A stretch of 64,000 bases of DNA. Source: Polyangiaceae bacterium (GTDB lineage Bacteria > Myxococcota_A > Polyangia > Polyangiales > Polyangiaceae). A program made the position numbers and the translations under genes. This document shows, piece after piece, positions 1 through 11,401 of the stretch (its first letter is position 1; every line of letters starts with the position of its first letter). The DNA lies in assembly GCA_050287085.1 (NCBI GenBank), contig JBNKBE010000006.1, positions 1-64,000 on the forward strand, read 5' to 3'. Under the pieces are notes generated by a model that saw nothing but the letters and a program-made list of their open reading frames with translations, was not told where the DNA came from and did not search any database.

Positions 1-352
1 CAATGCTTTGCTCCGTAGGCGCCACCATCGCCTCATGCCCCGGATCGCTCACGCTCACGTAGAGCCGCGAAACGCCCGCCACGTACATCTGAAAGTCGCC
101 TCCCCACGTGGGGTGCCAGCACAATAGCGCGAAGTGCCCAAACACCAGCACCAACACCCCCAGCGCCAGGCGACTGAGCCAAGTCTCTTTCCAAGGGCCA
201 CGAAAGCGAATCCGCGAGCTGATCCCTTCGGGGTCGGACAATACCTGCGCCATGGCCCTAGCCTAGTCGTCCTCCCGCGTAGGCCCAGCACGCTTTGACA
301 TCAGACGCCCATACCCGAAGGTTCAAAGGCTTGTTTTTTGGGTCGAGGCCCA

Positions 353-416
353 GTCCGCCCCTCACCGTCGCCTCCCACGCTGTCCGCCCTCGCCGTCGCG
401 CCGCCCTCACCGTCGC
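353..416. repeat. Three imperfect direct copies of CCGCCCTC(A/G)CCGTCGC
   Basis: Copies at about 353-371, 382-399 and 401-416, upstream of the GNAT gene. Confidence 0.6.
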
Positions 417-543
417 GTTCCGTCCGGCCCGGACGGAACGCCCTTGAGCACTCCCTGCGTGGCGTTGCCAAACTGGTTCACCTCACCCGGAAAGGAGTGC
501 GCCTCGCAGCCCAGCGGAAAATCCGCGCCGCGTCAGATCTCTC

Positions 544-1308
544 TTGCAGTCGCGGGCTTTGGCCAGGAACGATGCAAGCGTGGACCTGCCCCCGATCGCC
601 GCCCCCTCCAAGTCCGAGCTCAACGACTATGAGCAGCCCGTGGGCATGCCCTCGAGCGTTCGGACGGAGTGCCTGCCGACGGCCGAAGCACTGGCGGGTG
701 GCTACGCGGAAGTCGTCCCCTTGGCGCAGCACCACGTGGCCTCGCTCTTCGCCCACTACGACGAGCCGCGCGCGTGGACCTACCTGCCCTACGGCCCCTT
801 TGCTAACGCAGCGGAGCTCGAGGCCCAACTGCTCGAGATCGCGGCTCGGCCGGACACGTTGCTCTTTGCGGTCCAAGACTCAGACGGTGCAGCGCAGGGG
901 GTGTTTGCTCTGATGAACATTCAGCCGCGACACGCCACCCTGGAGCTTGGGCACGTGCACTTTTCGGCCGCCCTGCAGCGCACGGCTGTTGCTACCGAAG
1001 CGGTTTTCCTCATTCTCGAATACGCCTTCGAACACCTGCACTACCGGCGCGTGGAGTGGAAGTGTAACGCTCTCAACGCCGCGTCCAAACGCGCTGCAGA
1101 GCGTTTCGGTTTCGCTTTCGAGGGCCTCTTTCGCCAACACCAGATCGTCAAGGGGCGCAGCCGCGACACCACTTGGTATTCGATGTTGCACACGGAGTGG
1201 CCCGCGCGCAAAGCCGCTTACCTGCGCTGGCTCGATCCGAATAACTTCGACTCGTTTGGAGTCCAGCGCACGTCTCTGAGCGCAATGATGGCCGCGCTTG
1301 CGCGCTAG
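544..1308 (+). CDS. GNAT family N-acetyltransferase (RimJ/RimL-like)
   Basis: Motifs WTYLPYGPF, LELGHVHFS, YRRVEWKCNALNAASKRAAERFGF.FEG.FRQH and RDTTWYSML are typical of this family. The true start may lie slightly downstream. Confidence 0.88.
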   Translation: MQSRALARNDASVDLPPIAAPSKSELNDYEQPVGMPSSVRTECLPTAEALAGGYAEVVPLAQHHVASLFAHYDEPRAWTYLPYGPFANAAELEAQLLEIAARPDTLLFAVQDSDGAAQGVFALMNIQPRHATLELGHVHFSAALQRTAVATEAVFLILEYAFEHLHYRRVEWKCNALNAASKRAAERFGFAFEGLFRQHQIVKGRSRDTTWYSMLHTEWPARKAAYLRWLDPNNFDSFGVQRTSLSAMMAALAR

Positions 1309-1323
1309 GGGAGCCGCCGGGGC

Positions 1324-3309
1324 TCACCTTGCTTCAGCCATGGCCGCCACGTGTTCGAATAGGGCGGTGACGAGGGGTCGATGCCCGTAGTCTTCGGCGC
1401 TCTCGTCGTCCAATTGCCTGGCGCAGATCGAGCCCACCACAGCCGACGACACCACCCCGCGCAGCACCTCCAGCTGGCGCAAAGGGGGAAAGGCGCCGAC
1501 GGCGTATTGCTGCTCGCTATAGCTGCCGTCAGGGCCTTGGCAGAGAGGATTGCGCTCCGTCTCCGCTTGATAATAACTGCAGTCACAATCCGGAAGCGGA
1601 TTGCCAGCAATCCTGGCCTCATCCACCTCCTCGCGCGTGGGGCAGAGGCGATCGTCGGGTGAAATACAGGAGTATTGCAGCGTATCGGCTCGCGTATTGT
1701 TCCACTCGTGACCGTTGATGGCCGACGCGTTGGGTTCGGATTCGGGTGGCATGGGCCCAGCCCCCGTAACGGGATTGACCCGGTCGCTGCCCAACCTAGG
1801 CTCGACCGACTCGACGAGGAAAGGGTCTCGCTCCGGCCCAAGCAGCCACGACCACTGGACGCTATCGCCGCCGGTAAAGTCCGCCCGCGGCCACGTTGAG
1901 CGCAGGCGCATGGGCTCGGTCAGCGTGTCTCCATCTTGACGGGCCACATCCTGCCAGGGCACCCCCAAGAGCCCGGCCAAGACAACCTGGCCCGGCGCTC
2001 GGGCGGCCTCACCTGCGAAGAGTGGATTGTCGACCACGGTGGCGGGATCGCAATCGCTTGCGGCGAGCGACAGATCCGCCGCGGACGTGCACAGCGACGC
2101 CTGCGAGAGCGCGTTGATGTAACGCGCCACAGGAAACAAGACGTCAAAGCCAAAACGTCGCTTCTGCTCAAAACACCGAAGCGACGGCGAATCCTCGCTC
2201 CGGCCATCGGCCCCCGACTCGCCCTCGTAGCGCTCGGTCTCGCAGCCCAGCGCGACCTCGCCCCGCGCTGACTGCTCCCGCGGGCAATTGGCCGCGGGTG
2301 GCTCTCCGCAGCTCTGGCAACAGGGGTCGTTGGGCTCGGCGTCGCATTGAGCGCTCGCGCGAAAGGCACGCACAAGCGCGCCCGCATCATTCTGATACTC
2401 CGCAAGCCGCCACGCCTGCGCTGCGGGGTTCAGCGAACAGTCGTTTTCGTCGCTGATGACGACGATCATCAGCAGCGAATCCGGACGCAAGAACTCAGCC
2501 CGCTGGCGCAACAACTCCGTGTCGACAAGGGGCTGCCCATCCCCGTCGCGCTCAGGTCCGACGCAGTCGTCACCGCTCGCGGCCTCAGCGCCGTCACACG
2601 CTCTGCGCTCGAGACGCAGATACGGCTTTGGTTCGATCAAGAAGCGATACCAGGCCTCGAGTGTGGCCTCGAACCCACACCCGTCGCCCCCGGCCGCCAA
2701 GACGTCGCGCGCCGCATCACGCCCGGCGCTTGCGCTGCTGCTGCCGGAAGCCCACGCAACGAAGTCGTCGGCGGCCGTTGAACGCGGCAAGCTGCCGACG
2801 AGGTGCGCCATGTCAAAGCCGGGGCCTTCGCTTTGCCCGCCAGGCGCGCTGCAGCCGCGCTTCGCCCCCGCGTCCCCCAGTGACGAGGTCACGACGCCCA
2901 CGTGCAGATCTTCAAAAGGCGCGTACGCCCGCTGGGTGCCCGCCCGACACGCGACGTCAGCCGCGCTTGGCCGTGCCACCACAGCCCCGCGTTCGTCGAC
3001 ACACGGCGGCGACACCAACCCCGCAATCAGCTCCGGCAGAACCTGCGCCAGAACCTCCTGCTTGGGTTGCATCGAAATCGAGTTATCGACGACCAGCAAG
3101 AGGTCGAGTCGGGAGGGCCAGGGAGCGCTCGCGTCGCTTTCGTCCACGCCCCCGCCGGCGAGAGCGCCCGCGGAGCTCTCCTCGGCGCCCATGGCCCCAC
3201 CCACGGCGTTGTGCTCGCTTGCCGCTTTCTTCCCGTCCTGACTGCCGCAAGCCACAAGCGTCAGGGCCAAAGCACAAACCAAAGCCATTCCGTTCCGTCT
3301 TCGACGCAT
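1324..3309 (-). CDS. Cys-rich secreted lipoprotein with VWA/MIDAS-like motif (myxobacterial family)
   Basis: Basic N-terminus, hydrophobic stretch and lipobox LVAC. Contains DLLLVVDNSISM (DxSxS) and IVVISDENDCS, with many Cys. ATG 3309 chosen to avoid overlap with the upstream gene. Confidence 0.75.
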   Translation of the reverse strand: MRRRRNGMALVCALALTLVACGSQDGKKAASEHNAVGGAMGAEESSAGALAGGGVDESDASAPWPSRLDLLLVVDNSISMQPKQEVLAQVLPELIAGLVSPPCVDERGAVVARPSAADVACRAGTQRAYAPFEDLHVGVVTSSLGDAGAKRGCSAPGGQSEGPGFDMAHLVGSLPRSTAADDFVAWASGSSSASAGRDAARDVLAAGGDGCGFEATLEAWYRFLIEPKPYLRLERRACDGAEAASGDDCVGPERDGDGQPLVDTELLRQRAEFLRPDSLLMIVVISDENDCSLNPAAQAWRLAEYQNDAGALVRAFRASAQCDAEPNDPCCQSCGEPPAANCPREQSARGEVALGCETERYEGESGADGRSEDSPSLRCFEQKRRFGFDVLFPVARYINALSQASLCTSAADLSLAASDCDPATVVDNPLFAGEAARAPGQVVLAGLLGVPWQDVARQDGDTLTEPMRLRSTWPRADFTGGDSVQWSWLLGPERDPFLVESVEPRLGSDRVNPVTGAGPMPPESEPNASAINGHEWNNTRADTLQYSCISPDDRLCPTREEVDEARIAGNPLPDCDCSYYQAETERNPLCQGPDGSYSEQQYAVGAFPPLRQLEVLRGVVSSAVVGSICARQLDDESAEDYGHRPLVTALFEHVAAMAEAR

Positions 3310-3320
3310 CGCAGCCGCCC

Positions 3321-4436
3321 TCAGCGATATTGATTCATCTTCCAGTAGCCGAGGGCCCCGAGCACCAGCAAGGCGGGGATCACAACGTAGAAGAATACCT
3401 TCAGCCAACTGATCGGTCGTTCACCCGCAATCGTCCCTGTGTAGCCGTTCACCAGAACCTGAAAAGCCTTGCCGTGAAAATCGTAGCTGACGAGCCAAAC
3501 CGGAACGAGTACGTGTTTGAACGTGCGCTCGGCAAACTGCGCGCTGACGTCCAAGTTGCGGTGCGTGTCGCCGGGTACCTCGCGAGCGCAGAGCGCCTTC
3601 AGCTCATCCATCATGCGCGCTTCGGAGCGGCTCGCAGCTTGCCGCAGATCGATCTGATAGCGCTCGACGACCCAGCCACGCACAAACCCAGGGTCGTAGG
3701 GCTGCAGTGCCGTGGTCGTGGGGAACGGCTCAACCTGCTGCAGGAGCTTTGGCGCGACCCCAACGGTGCCCGCGATCAACGTATCGTCAAAGAAGTGTTG
3801 CAGACTGCCCGCGGCTGGGACCCAACGCACGTGCCGCACCCGGGTGGTGGTCTCTCGGCCCTGAGCGTCCCGCGACGATACCGTCGTGTAGTAGTAATAA
3901 CCCGCCTCGGCGCTCCACTGCGCAAAGGCCTGGGCGTCAAAGGTCCAATAGGGCAAGTATACGCCGTGCAGCGTGTCTGTTAGGGCTGCCGTCTTGAGCC
4001 TGTCGGGCGCAAACCAACGCGTTCGATACCACTCGCGCAGGCGGTCGCGCACTTCGGTCTCCGCGAGCTTCACGGGCAGAATGCTCTCCGGAGCAATGGG
4101 ATCCCGCTCTTCGCTATAAGCCACCACGGACGGGGAGCCGCAAAACTCGCAGCGCTGCGCCGCACGCCCCGGCTCAAACACGCTGATCGCGTGGCAGCTC
4201 TGGCATTTCACGGACTGGGTTTCCGTGCCATAGCCACGCGCACCGCTGCCCGCCTGGGCCAGCGCTTGCTCCAAGTCGTGTTCTGCGATCGGCGCGTTTT
4301 CATCGGCGGCGCCGGGCTGCACGCTCGGTACAAAGCCACAATACGGACATACGAGCGCCTGCTTGCCCGCATTCCACTCCATTTCTCCGCCACAGTCAGG
4401 ACAGGCGCGTTTACCCAGTGCCGTAACGTCAGCCAT
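3321..4436 (-). CDS. Zn-ribbon membrane protein (YdjG-like partner of SPFH proteins)
   Basis: Four CxxC pairs (CPDC, CPYC, CQSC, CEFC), YLPYWTFD, a VNGYTG motif and a C-terminal TM helix. Confidence 0.8.
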   Translation of the reverse strand: MADVTALGKRACPDCGGEMEWNAGKQALVCPYCGFVPSVQPGAADENAPIAEHDLEQALAQAGSGARGYGTETQSVKCQSCHAISVFEPGRAAQRCEFCGSPSVVAYSEERDPIAPESILPVKLAETEVRDRLREWYRTRWFAPDRLKTAALTDTLHGVYLPYWTFDAQAFAQWSAEAGYYYYTTVSSRDAQGRETTTRVRHVRWVPAAGSLQHFFDDTLIAGTVGVAPKLLQQVEPFPTTTALQPYDPGFVRGWVVERYQIDLRQAASRSEARMMDELKALCAREVPGDTHRNLDVSAQFAERTFKHVLVPVWLVSYDFHGKAFQVLVNGYTGTIAGERPISWLKVFFYVVIPALLVLGALGYWKMNQYR

Positions 4437-4466
4437 GATCTCTCGTACGCCGCACCCCTGTGCGGA

Positions 4467-5522
4467 CTACTCGGCTAGAAACGCCTCGAGTGCCGCCTTC
4501 GACACCCGATAGGCCGAACCGATCTTCTTCGCCTTGAGATCGCCTCCCTCGATCGTGGCGATCACGTCGGCCTCCGTCACGCCCAATACCTCCGCCACCT
4601 GCGCCGGCGTGAGCAAAGCCGGCAGCCCACTTGCCGCGGGCGGGGCCGCCTCGGCGGCGGGAGGACCTGCCGGCGGCGTTTGCATGCCACGCATCATCTC
4701 CTGGGCCATGGCAAAGCCCATCGCCATCTCGGCCGGAGCGCCCCCGCCGCCTCCCCCCTGCGCCATGCCTTGTCCCATCTGGTATTTCACATAATCGTTG
4801 AGATTGCCGATCACGCCCATGCTTGAGCGCTTGTCGATGGCAGCTTCCACCTCCGGCGGCACCGACACGTTTTCGACGATGAAGCTCTCGAGGCGCAGAC
4901 CGTACTTGCTCCCCAGGTCCGGGTTGATGAGCGGCAGCAGGGCACTGCCCAGCTCCGTATAACGCATGGCTACGTCCAACGCCGGCACGCCCGAGGATGC
5001 CAGCGCCTGGGAGAAGACGCTCACGAGTCGCGAGCGCATGGTCTCTTCGAACTCGTCGAGTCGGAAGTTGTGATCGGTTCCCACGACTTCCTTGAGGAAG
5101 AGCGGCGGATCGCTCACGCGAAAGTCGAAGGTGCCAAACGCCCGCAGCCGCACCACGCCAAAGTCTTTATCCCGCAACATGACGGGGTTGGCGGTGCCCC
5201 ACTTGTTGCCCGTAAACAGGCGGGTATTGACGAAATATACGTCCGCCTTGAAGGGCGAATCAAAGCCGTATTTCCAGCCTTGAAGGGTGCTCAATACCGG
5301 GATGTTGTCGGTGATGAGCTCATGCTTACCCGGACCAAATTGGTCCCCAAACTGCCCGAGGTAAACAAATTGGGCGATCTGACTCTCACGGACGATGAGC
5401 TGCGCGCCATTCTTGATCTCGCGATCGGCGTCCGGAAAACGCCACGAGAGCGTGTCTCGAGAATCGTCGTTGAACTCGATGATTTCGAGCAGCTCACCGC
5501 GAATGAAGTCCATGATTCCCAT
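4467..5522 (-). CDS. SPFH/Band-7 (YdjI-like) protein with C-terminal excisionase-type helix-turn-helix
   Basis: QLIVRESQ.A.F, FGPGKH.L.T.NIP, SPFKADVYF and KWGT.NP motifs. C-terminal LLTPAQVAEVLGV...GDLKAKKIGSAYRV. ATG 5522 is preceded by a purine-rich RBS (AGAGGAGAG). Confidence 0.85.
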   Translation of the reverse strand: MGIMDFIRGELLEIIEFNDDSRDTLSWRFPDADREIKNGAQLIVRESQIAQFVYLGQFGDQFGPGKHELITDNIPVLSTLQGWKYGFDSPFKADVYFVNTRLFTGNKWGTANPVMLRDKDFGVVRLRAFGTFDFRVSDPPLFLKEVVGTDHNFRLDEFEETMRSRLVSVFSQALASSGVPALDVAMRYTELGSALLPLINPDLGSKYGLRLESFIVENVSVPPEVEAAIDKRSSMGVIGNLNDYVKYQMGQGMAQGGGGGGAPAEMAMGFAMAQEMMRGMQTPPAGPPAAEAAPPAASGLPALLTPAQVAEVLGVTEADVIATIEGGDLKAKKIGSAYRVSKAALEAFLAE

Positions 5523-5733
5523 CGTGTCGTCTCTCCTCTGAATTCCGTGCGCGGGTACCGTGCTTGCGGCTCGCAGGCGAAGGCTATCGCCCCGCGCGCT
5601 CGAACGCACGTCGCAGTATCCTGCAGTCCGCGACTACCGACCACCTCCAATACACCCCGAGAGGCAACTCGGCCGGGGCCCGGCTAGCCATCCAAGTGGC
5701 TCCCCAGCTTTGCTCGAAGGTGCGGGGAAGGCC

Positions 5734-7385
<1,652 letters not shown>

Positions 7386-7562
7386 CTATCTCGCGTTATC
7401 CGTCAGCTGCGATGCACGCAACCCCGTGCGCCGAAGATCTGCCACCTCGCGACCAAGTATAAGCCGCGACCGACCCCAGGGCCGCGCGCCGCGCCAAGCA
7501 TACGAGGCATGCCGAGCGCCCCACCCCACCCCGGCACTCCGAGCCCGGAGTCCCAAACAGAC

Positions 7563-7820
7563 CTAGAGCATCCGGAGATAACGGATGATGTCAGCCGACT
7601 CTCCCATCCACTGCTGCCCCTCGGCGTGGTCGATACGCAAGACCGGCACGGTACGCCTTCCGCGCGCCGCAAGCAGCTCACTTGCGGCCACGCGGTCGCG
7701 AAGGGTACTCTTATACGCAACCTCCAGCCCCAGCTCGTCGATCACGGCTCGAACGCGGTAACAATAGCCGCAAAACTCAGAGTGGTAGAGCGTCAAGGCG
7801 GGCGGAAAGGATTGGCTCAT
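7563..7820 (-). CDS. Glutaredoxin-like protein
   Basis: CGYC active site, TVPVLRI cis-Pro motif and ESADII.YL. Confidence 0.85.
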   Translation of the reverse strand: MSQSFPPALTLYHSEFCGYCYRVRAVIDELGLEVAYKSTLRDRVAASELLAARGRRTVPVLRIDHAEGQQWMGESADIIRYLRML

Positions 7821-7931
7821 GGCTCGCTCCCGATCCTAGTGCAACACGCCCGTCTCTCAAGCCCCTAGCCGCGCCCGGTAGCGGCCCACCCACCACGAGC
7901 CCGGCGGCACGCATGTTGCTTTGCGGCGAGT

Positions 7932-8327
7932 ATGACTCAAGCACCCATCAGCGAGTTCATGTCCCCCCACCCCGTAACGGTGAGCGCCGAGGTCCCCATG
8001 GCCGTAGCCCATGACCTGATGCGCAAGCACCGGATGCGTCATTTGCCGGTGCTCCATGCCGGCTCGGTGGTGGGCGTCTTATCCGACGGGGATCTGCATC
8101 TGATCGAAACACTCGCCGACGTGGATCCGGAACGTGTGATCGTAGAAGAGGCCATGACCCAAGACCCCTATTGCGTCGCCCCCACCACCCCCCTGGCTGA
8201 GGTAGCCCGGGAAATGGCCGAACACAAATACGGCTGTGCTCTGATTGTGGAAGGGCACCACGTAGTGGGCATCTTCACGACGGTGGATGCCTGTCGCGTG
8301 CTGGCCCGGACCCTAAACACCCCCTGA
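7932..8327 (+). CDS. CBS-domain pair protein
   Basis: Two CBS repeats: RHLPV...VVGVLSDGD and GCALIV...VVGIFTTVD. Confidence 0.9.
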   Translation: MTQAPISEFMSPHPVTVSAEVPMAVAHDLMRKHRMRHLPVLHAGSVVGVLSDGDLHLIETLADVDPERVIVEEAMTQDPYCVAPTTPLAEVAREMAEHKYGCALIVEGHHVVGIFTTVDACRVLARTLNTP

Positions 8328-8419
8328 GCCGCGGCGAGCCCTGGGGCAGCTCGCCAGCAGGTGCGCAAATTAGGCGCAGCGTTCGGCACAACCAGCAATA
8401 TCTGCCCCATTTCTGCACT

Positions 8420-9958
8420 ATGCCACTTCCCGACGATTTGCTGACGCCCGAACGCGAGCTCCGGGAGACCCATACGGCTTGGGTTTTCCTGGACCAAGAA
8501 CGCGTCTACAAGGTCAAGAAGCCGGTCAATCTGGGATTCGTTGACTTCTCGACGCTCGCATTGCGGCGGGTCGCGTGTGAAGCCGAGTTGACGTTGAACC
8601 AACGGCTCGCTGGCCAGACCTATGAACGCTTAGCCCCCGTGACCCGCAAGGCAGACGGTCATCTGGAGCTCGACGGTGCCGGCGAGATCGCGGACTGGGC
8701 CGTGGTAATGCGGCGCCTACCCGACGCTGAACGCGCCGACAATCTCGCAGCGCAAGGCGCGCTAGGACCCGCCCACGTCGATGCCATGGCGCGGCGTATC
8801 GCCACCTTCCACGACGAGGCCGCAGCCATCCCCCAGGCGGCGCGCTACGCAGCTCCCGATCGCTTGCTGCAGCAGGTCGACGACAATCTCGGCGGGGCGG
8901 ATGAAGTCCTCATCAAAGCGCTGGGTGAGCTGCGCGCTCGCAGTGCGGCCGCGTGGCAACGAAGGTTCATCAACGACCATCAGAGCGTCCTTCAGGAGCG
9001 CATCGCCGCGGGCCGTATTCGGGACTGCCACGGGGACCTCAAACTAGAACACTTCTACCTCACGGCGGACCACCAGGTCACCGTGCTGGACTGCGTCGAG
9101 TTCAATCCAAGCTTTCGCGCCATCGACACCGTAATGGACCTCGCTTTCCTCTCGATGGACCTGCGCGCTCAAGGTCAGGAACTGCTGGCTGAACGGCTGT
9201 TGTCCACCTACGCCCAGCACACCTTGGACTACGACCTGTTTCGACTGGTGGACTTCTGCGAGAGCTTTCGCGCTTGTGTCAAAGCAAAGACATCTTTTCT
9301 CCTGGCACGGGGCTCCCACTCGCGGCAGCAAAACGAGAGCGCGCTGGCCGCTGCCGACCGCTATGCACATCTGGCGCTGGCCGTGGAGTCGCCGCCTTTC
9401 ACCCCAGCCAAGCTAGTCCTGGTCTTCGGTTGTATCGGCAGCGGCAAGACAACCCTCGCAAGTCGACTGAGCTTGGAGCTTGGGGGCGTCCATCTCAGCA
9501 GCGACCACACCCGCAAGCACCTCGCGGGTGCGTCACCCACAACGCCACTGGAGGCGGCCCCGTTCTGCGCCGCCTATTCCTCGGACCGGTCGGCCCAAGT
9601 CTACGACCACCTGGCCCGCGCGGCGACGACCTGCCTAGGGGCGAGCCGCTCGGTAGTGGTCGATGCCAGCTTTCGCCGGCGCGAAGATCGCGAGCGATTC
9701 GCGGCACTGGCGGCCCAAGACGGAGTGCCCTTCTACGCGTTCGAATGCTGGGCCGATCGAGACACCCTGCTCGAACGCCTTCGGCGCCGCGCGCTCCAGC
9801 CCTCGGTCAGCGATGGCCGAGCCGAACTCCTGGCATCGTTCTTGGACCACTTCGAGTGGCCCACCGTCGACGAGCTCCCCCATTGGCACCGAATCGACAC
9901 GCGTTCTGCTCTCGAGGCGCAGCTGGCGCTGGCGTCGGAGGCCCTGGCGACGACGTGA
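8420..9958 (+). CDS. Bifunctional APH-like kinase / P-loop (AAA_33-like) protein
   Basis: ETH.AWVFL, YKVKKPVNLGFVDFST, HGDL and LDCVEFN in the N-terminal part. Walker A GCIGSGKTT and VVVDASF in the C-terminal part. Confidence 0.85.
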   Translation: MPLPDDLLTPERELRETHTAWVFLDQERVYKVKKPVNLGFVDFSTLALRRVACEAELTLNQRLAGQTYERLAPVTRKADGHLELDGAGEIADWAVVMRRLPDAERADNLAAQGALGPAHVDAMARRIATFHDEAAAIPQAARYAAPDRLLQQVDDNLGGADEVLIKALGELRARSAAAWQRRFINDHQSVLQERIAAGRIRDCHGDLKLEHFYLTADHQVTVLDCVEFNPSFRAIDTVMDLAFLSMDLRAQGQELLAERLLSTYAQHTLDYDLFRLVDFCESFRACVKAKTSFLLARGSHSRQQNESALAAADRYAHLALAVESPPFTPAKLVLVFGCIGSGKTTLASRLSLELGGVHLSSDHTRKHLAGASPTTPLEAAPFCAAYSSDRSAQVYDHLARAATTCLGASRSVVVDASFRRREDRERFAALAAQDGVPFYAFECWADRDTLLERLRRRALQPSVSDGRAELLASFLDHFEWPTVDELPHWHRIDTRSALEAQLALASEALATT

Positions 9959-10138
9959 GACGCTTAGACCCCAATTCTTAGCTCAAGAATCTCGCCACGG
10001 GGCCGTGAACGGCGGGACCTCAGGACGTTCCGGATCGAACCTGCAACCGTCCGCTCCGCGTGGTGCGCTCAAAACGGGCGGCACGAAACCGGGCACGATG
10101 TCACACTCGATAGCAGTTTGCGTTTCGGCTCCCGTCTC

Positions 10139-11338
10139 ATGCCCCTCAGCACCCGCATTTCGCTCAATATCCTGGTCATCGACGACGAGGCATTGTGCGC
10201 TCGCGCGCTCACCTCAATGCTCCAGCATCTGGGCCCGCATCGCGTCGTCACCGCAAACAATGGAGCGCAGGCCGCCGAGCTCTTAGATGGAGAGCCTTTT
10301 GATCTCATCTTATGTGACCTCCGCATGCCGGGGTGTGACGGGATCGAAACCCTGCGGCTCTTCGCTGAACGCAATATTCGCTCCTCCATCGTGCTGCTCA
10401 GTGGCTCCGATGCTCGGCTCCTACGCTCAGCTAAGGAGCTGGGGCGCAGTCGTGGTCTTGCCGTCATCGGCACCCTCACCAAACCCATCTCGCTGCTGGA
10501 CCTGGAGGACTTGCTCTTCTCCATGTCCTCGGGCCCGCGGCCCGCAAAAGCCCGACGGATTGAGCTGCAGAGCTCTTCCGAGCTGCAAAGCGCCCTCGAG
10601 CGCGGCGAGCTACGACTTCACTACCAACCCCAGCTCGACCTCCGGACCCAGGTGTTGACAGGGGTGGAGGCCCTCGTTCGCTGGGAACACCCCGAGCGGG
10701 GTTTGGTCATGCCCGACACCTTCATTCCCGTGGCGGAAGAGTCTGGGCTTATCGAACCGCTTACAGAATGGGTTGTGTGTGAGGCGATCAATCAGGCCAG
10801 CCGCTGGCGCAGAGCAGGACTGGCCGTCGGCGTTTCCGTCAACCTCTCGGCCAGAACCCTGAAACGTCTGGATCTCCCCGATCGCCTGGCCGCATTCTTG
10901 CTCGACGCAGGGCTTGCGCCCGCGGAAATCACCCTCGAGGTCACGGAAAGCGGAGTCTCCGACGACATCGAGGCCCTGCTGGACATCACGACTCGCCTTC
11001 GGCTCAAGGGCTTTCCGCTGTCGATCGACGACTTCGGCACCGGTTTCTCCAATCTCGAGCAGCTCCAACACCTGCCCTTCAGTGAACTCAAACTCGATCG
11101 ACGCTTCGTACACGCCTCGCTCACTGAGCCGGACGCCGCGTCCATGCTGCGCGCCTCCGTCGACCTCGCCAAGCAGCTCCAACTGGAAACGGTCGCCGAG
11201 GGTATCGAGAGCGAAGCCGAATGGGCGCTGCTCGAGCGATTGGGGGTTGAGCGCGGTCAGGGTTTCTACATGGCGCGACCGATGCCAGGTGCCGATCTCG
11301 AAGGCTGGCTCACCTCCTGGCGAAGCCAAGTTGCCTAG
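10139..11338 (+). CDS. Response regulator with EAL c-di-GMP phosphodiesterase domain
   Basis: REC domain (VIDDE, LCDLRMP, LTKP) followed by intact EAL motifs (EALVRW, VNLS, EVTE, DDFGTG, KLD, AEGIE, QG). Confidence 0.9.
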   Translation: MPLSTRISLNILVIDDEALCARALTSMLQHLGPHRVVTANNGAQAAELLDGEPFDLILCDLRMPGCDGIETLRLFAERNIRSSIVLLSGSDARLLRSAKELGRSRGLAVIGTLTKPISLLDLEDLLFSMSSGPRPAKARRIELQSSSELQSALERGELRLHYQPQLDLRTQVLTGVEALVRWEHPERGLVMPDTFIPVAEESGLIEPLTEWVVCEAINQASRWRRAGLAVGVSVNLSARTLKRLDLPDRLAAFLLDAGLAPAEITLEVTESGVSDDIEALLDITTRLRLKGFPLSIDDFGTGFSNLEQLQHLPFSELKLDRRFVHASLTEPDAASMLRASVDLAKQLQLETVAEGIESEAEWALLERLGVERGQGFYMARPMPGADLEGWLTSWRSQVA

Positions 11339-11361
11339 AGCCAGGGCACAGCTCTCAGTAG

Positions 11362-11401
11362 CCTAGAACCTCGGAAACCTAGAACCTCATAAACCTAGAA
11401 C
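11362..11401. repeat. 16-bp tandem repeat CCTAGAACCTC(GG/AT)AAA x2.5
   Basis: Units start at 11362, 11378 and 11394. The last unit contains the stop codon of the minus-strand gene. Confidence 0.8.

Noticed and set aside
1..36. Possible start of a minus-strand gene (MRRWWRLRSKAL) running off the window
   Set aside because: Only 12 codons are visible, which is not enough support.
295..330. Perfect TTGACA as a sigma70 promoter
   Set aside because: No plausible -10 element at 16-18 bp spacing.
4467..4620. Excisionase-like HTH as a sign of a prophage or ICE
   Set aside because: It is fused in-frame to an SPFH protein, and there are no integrase, att-like or phage genes in the window.
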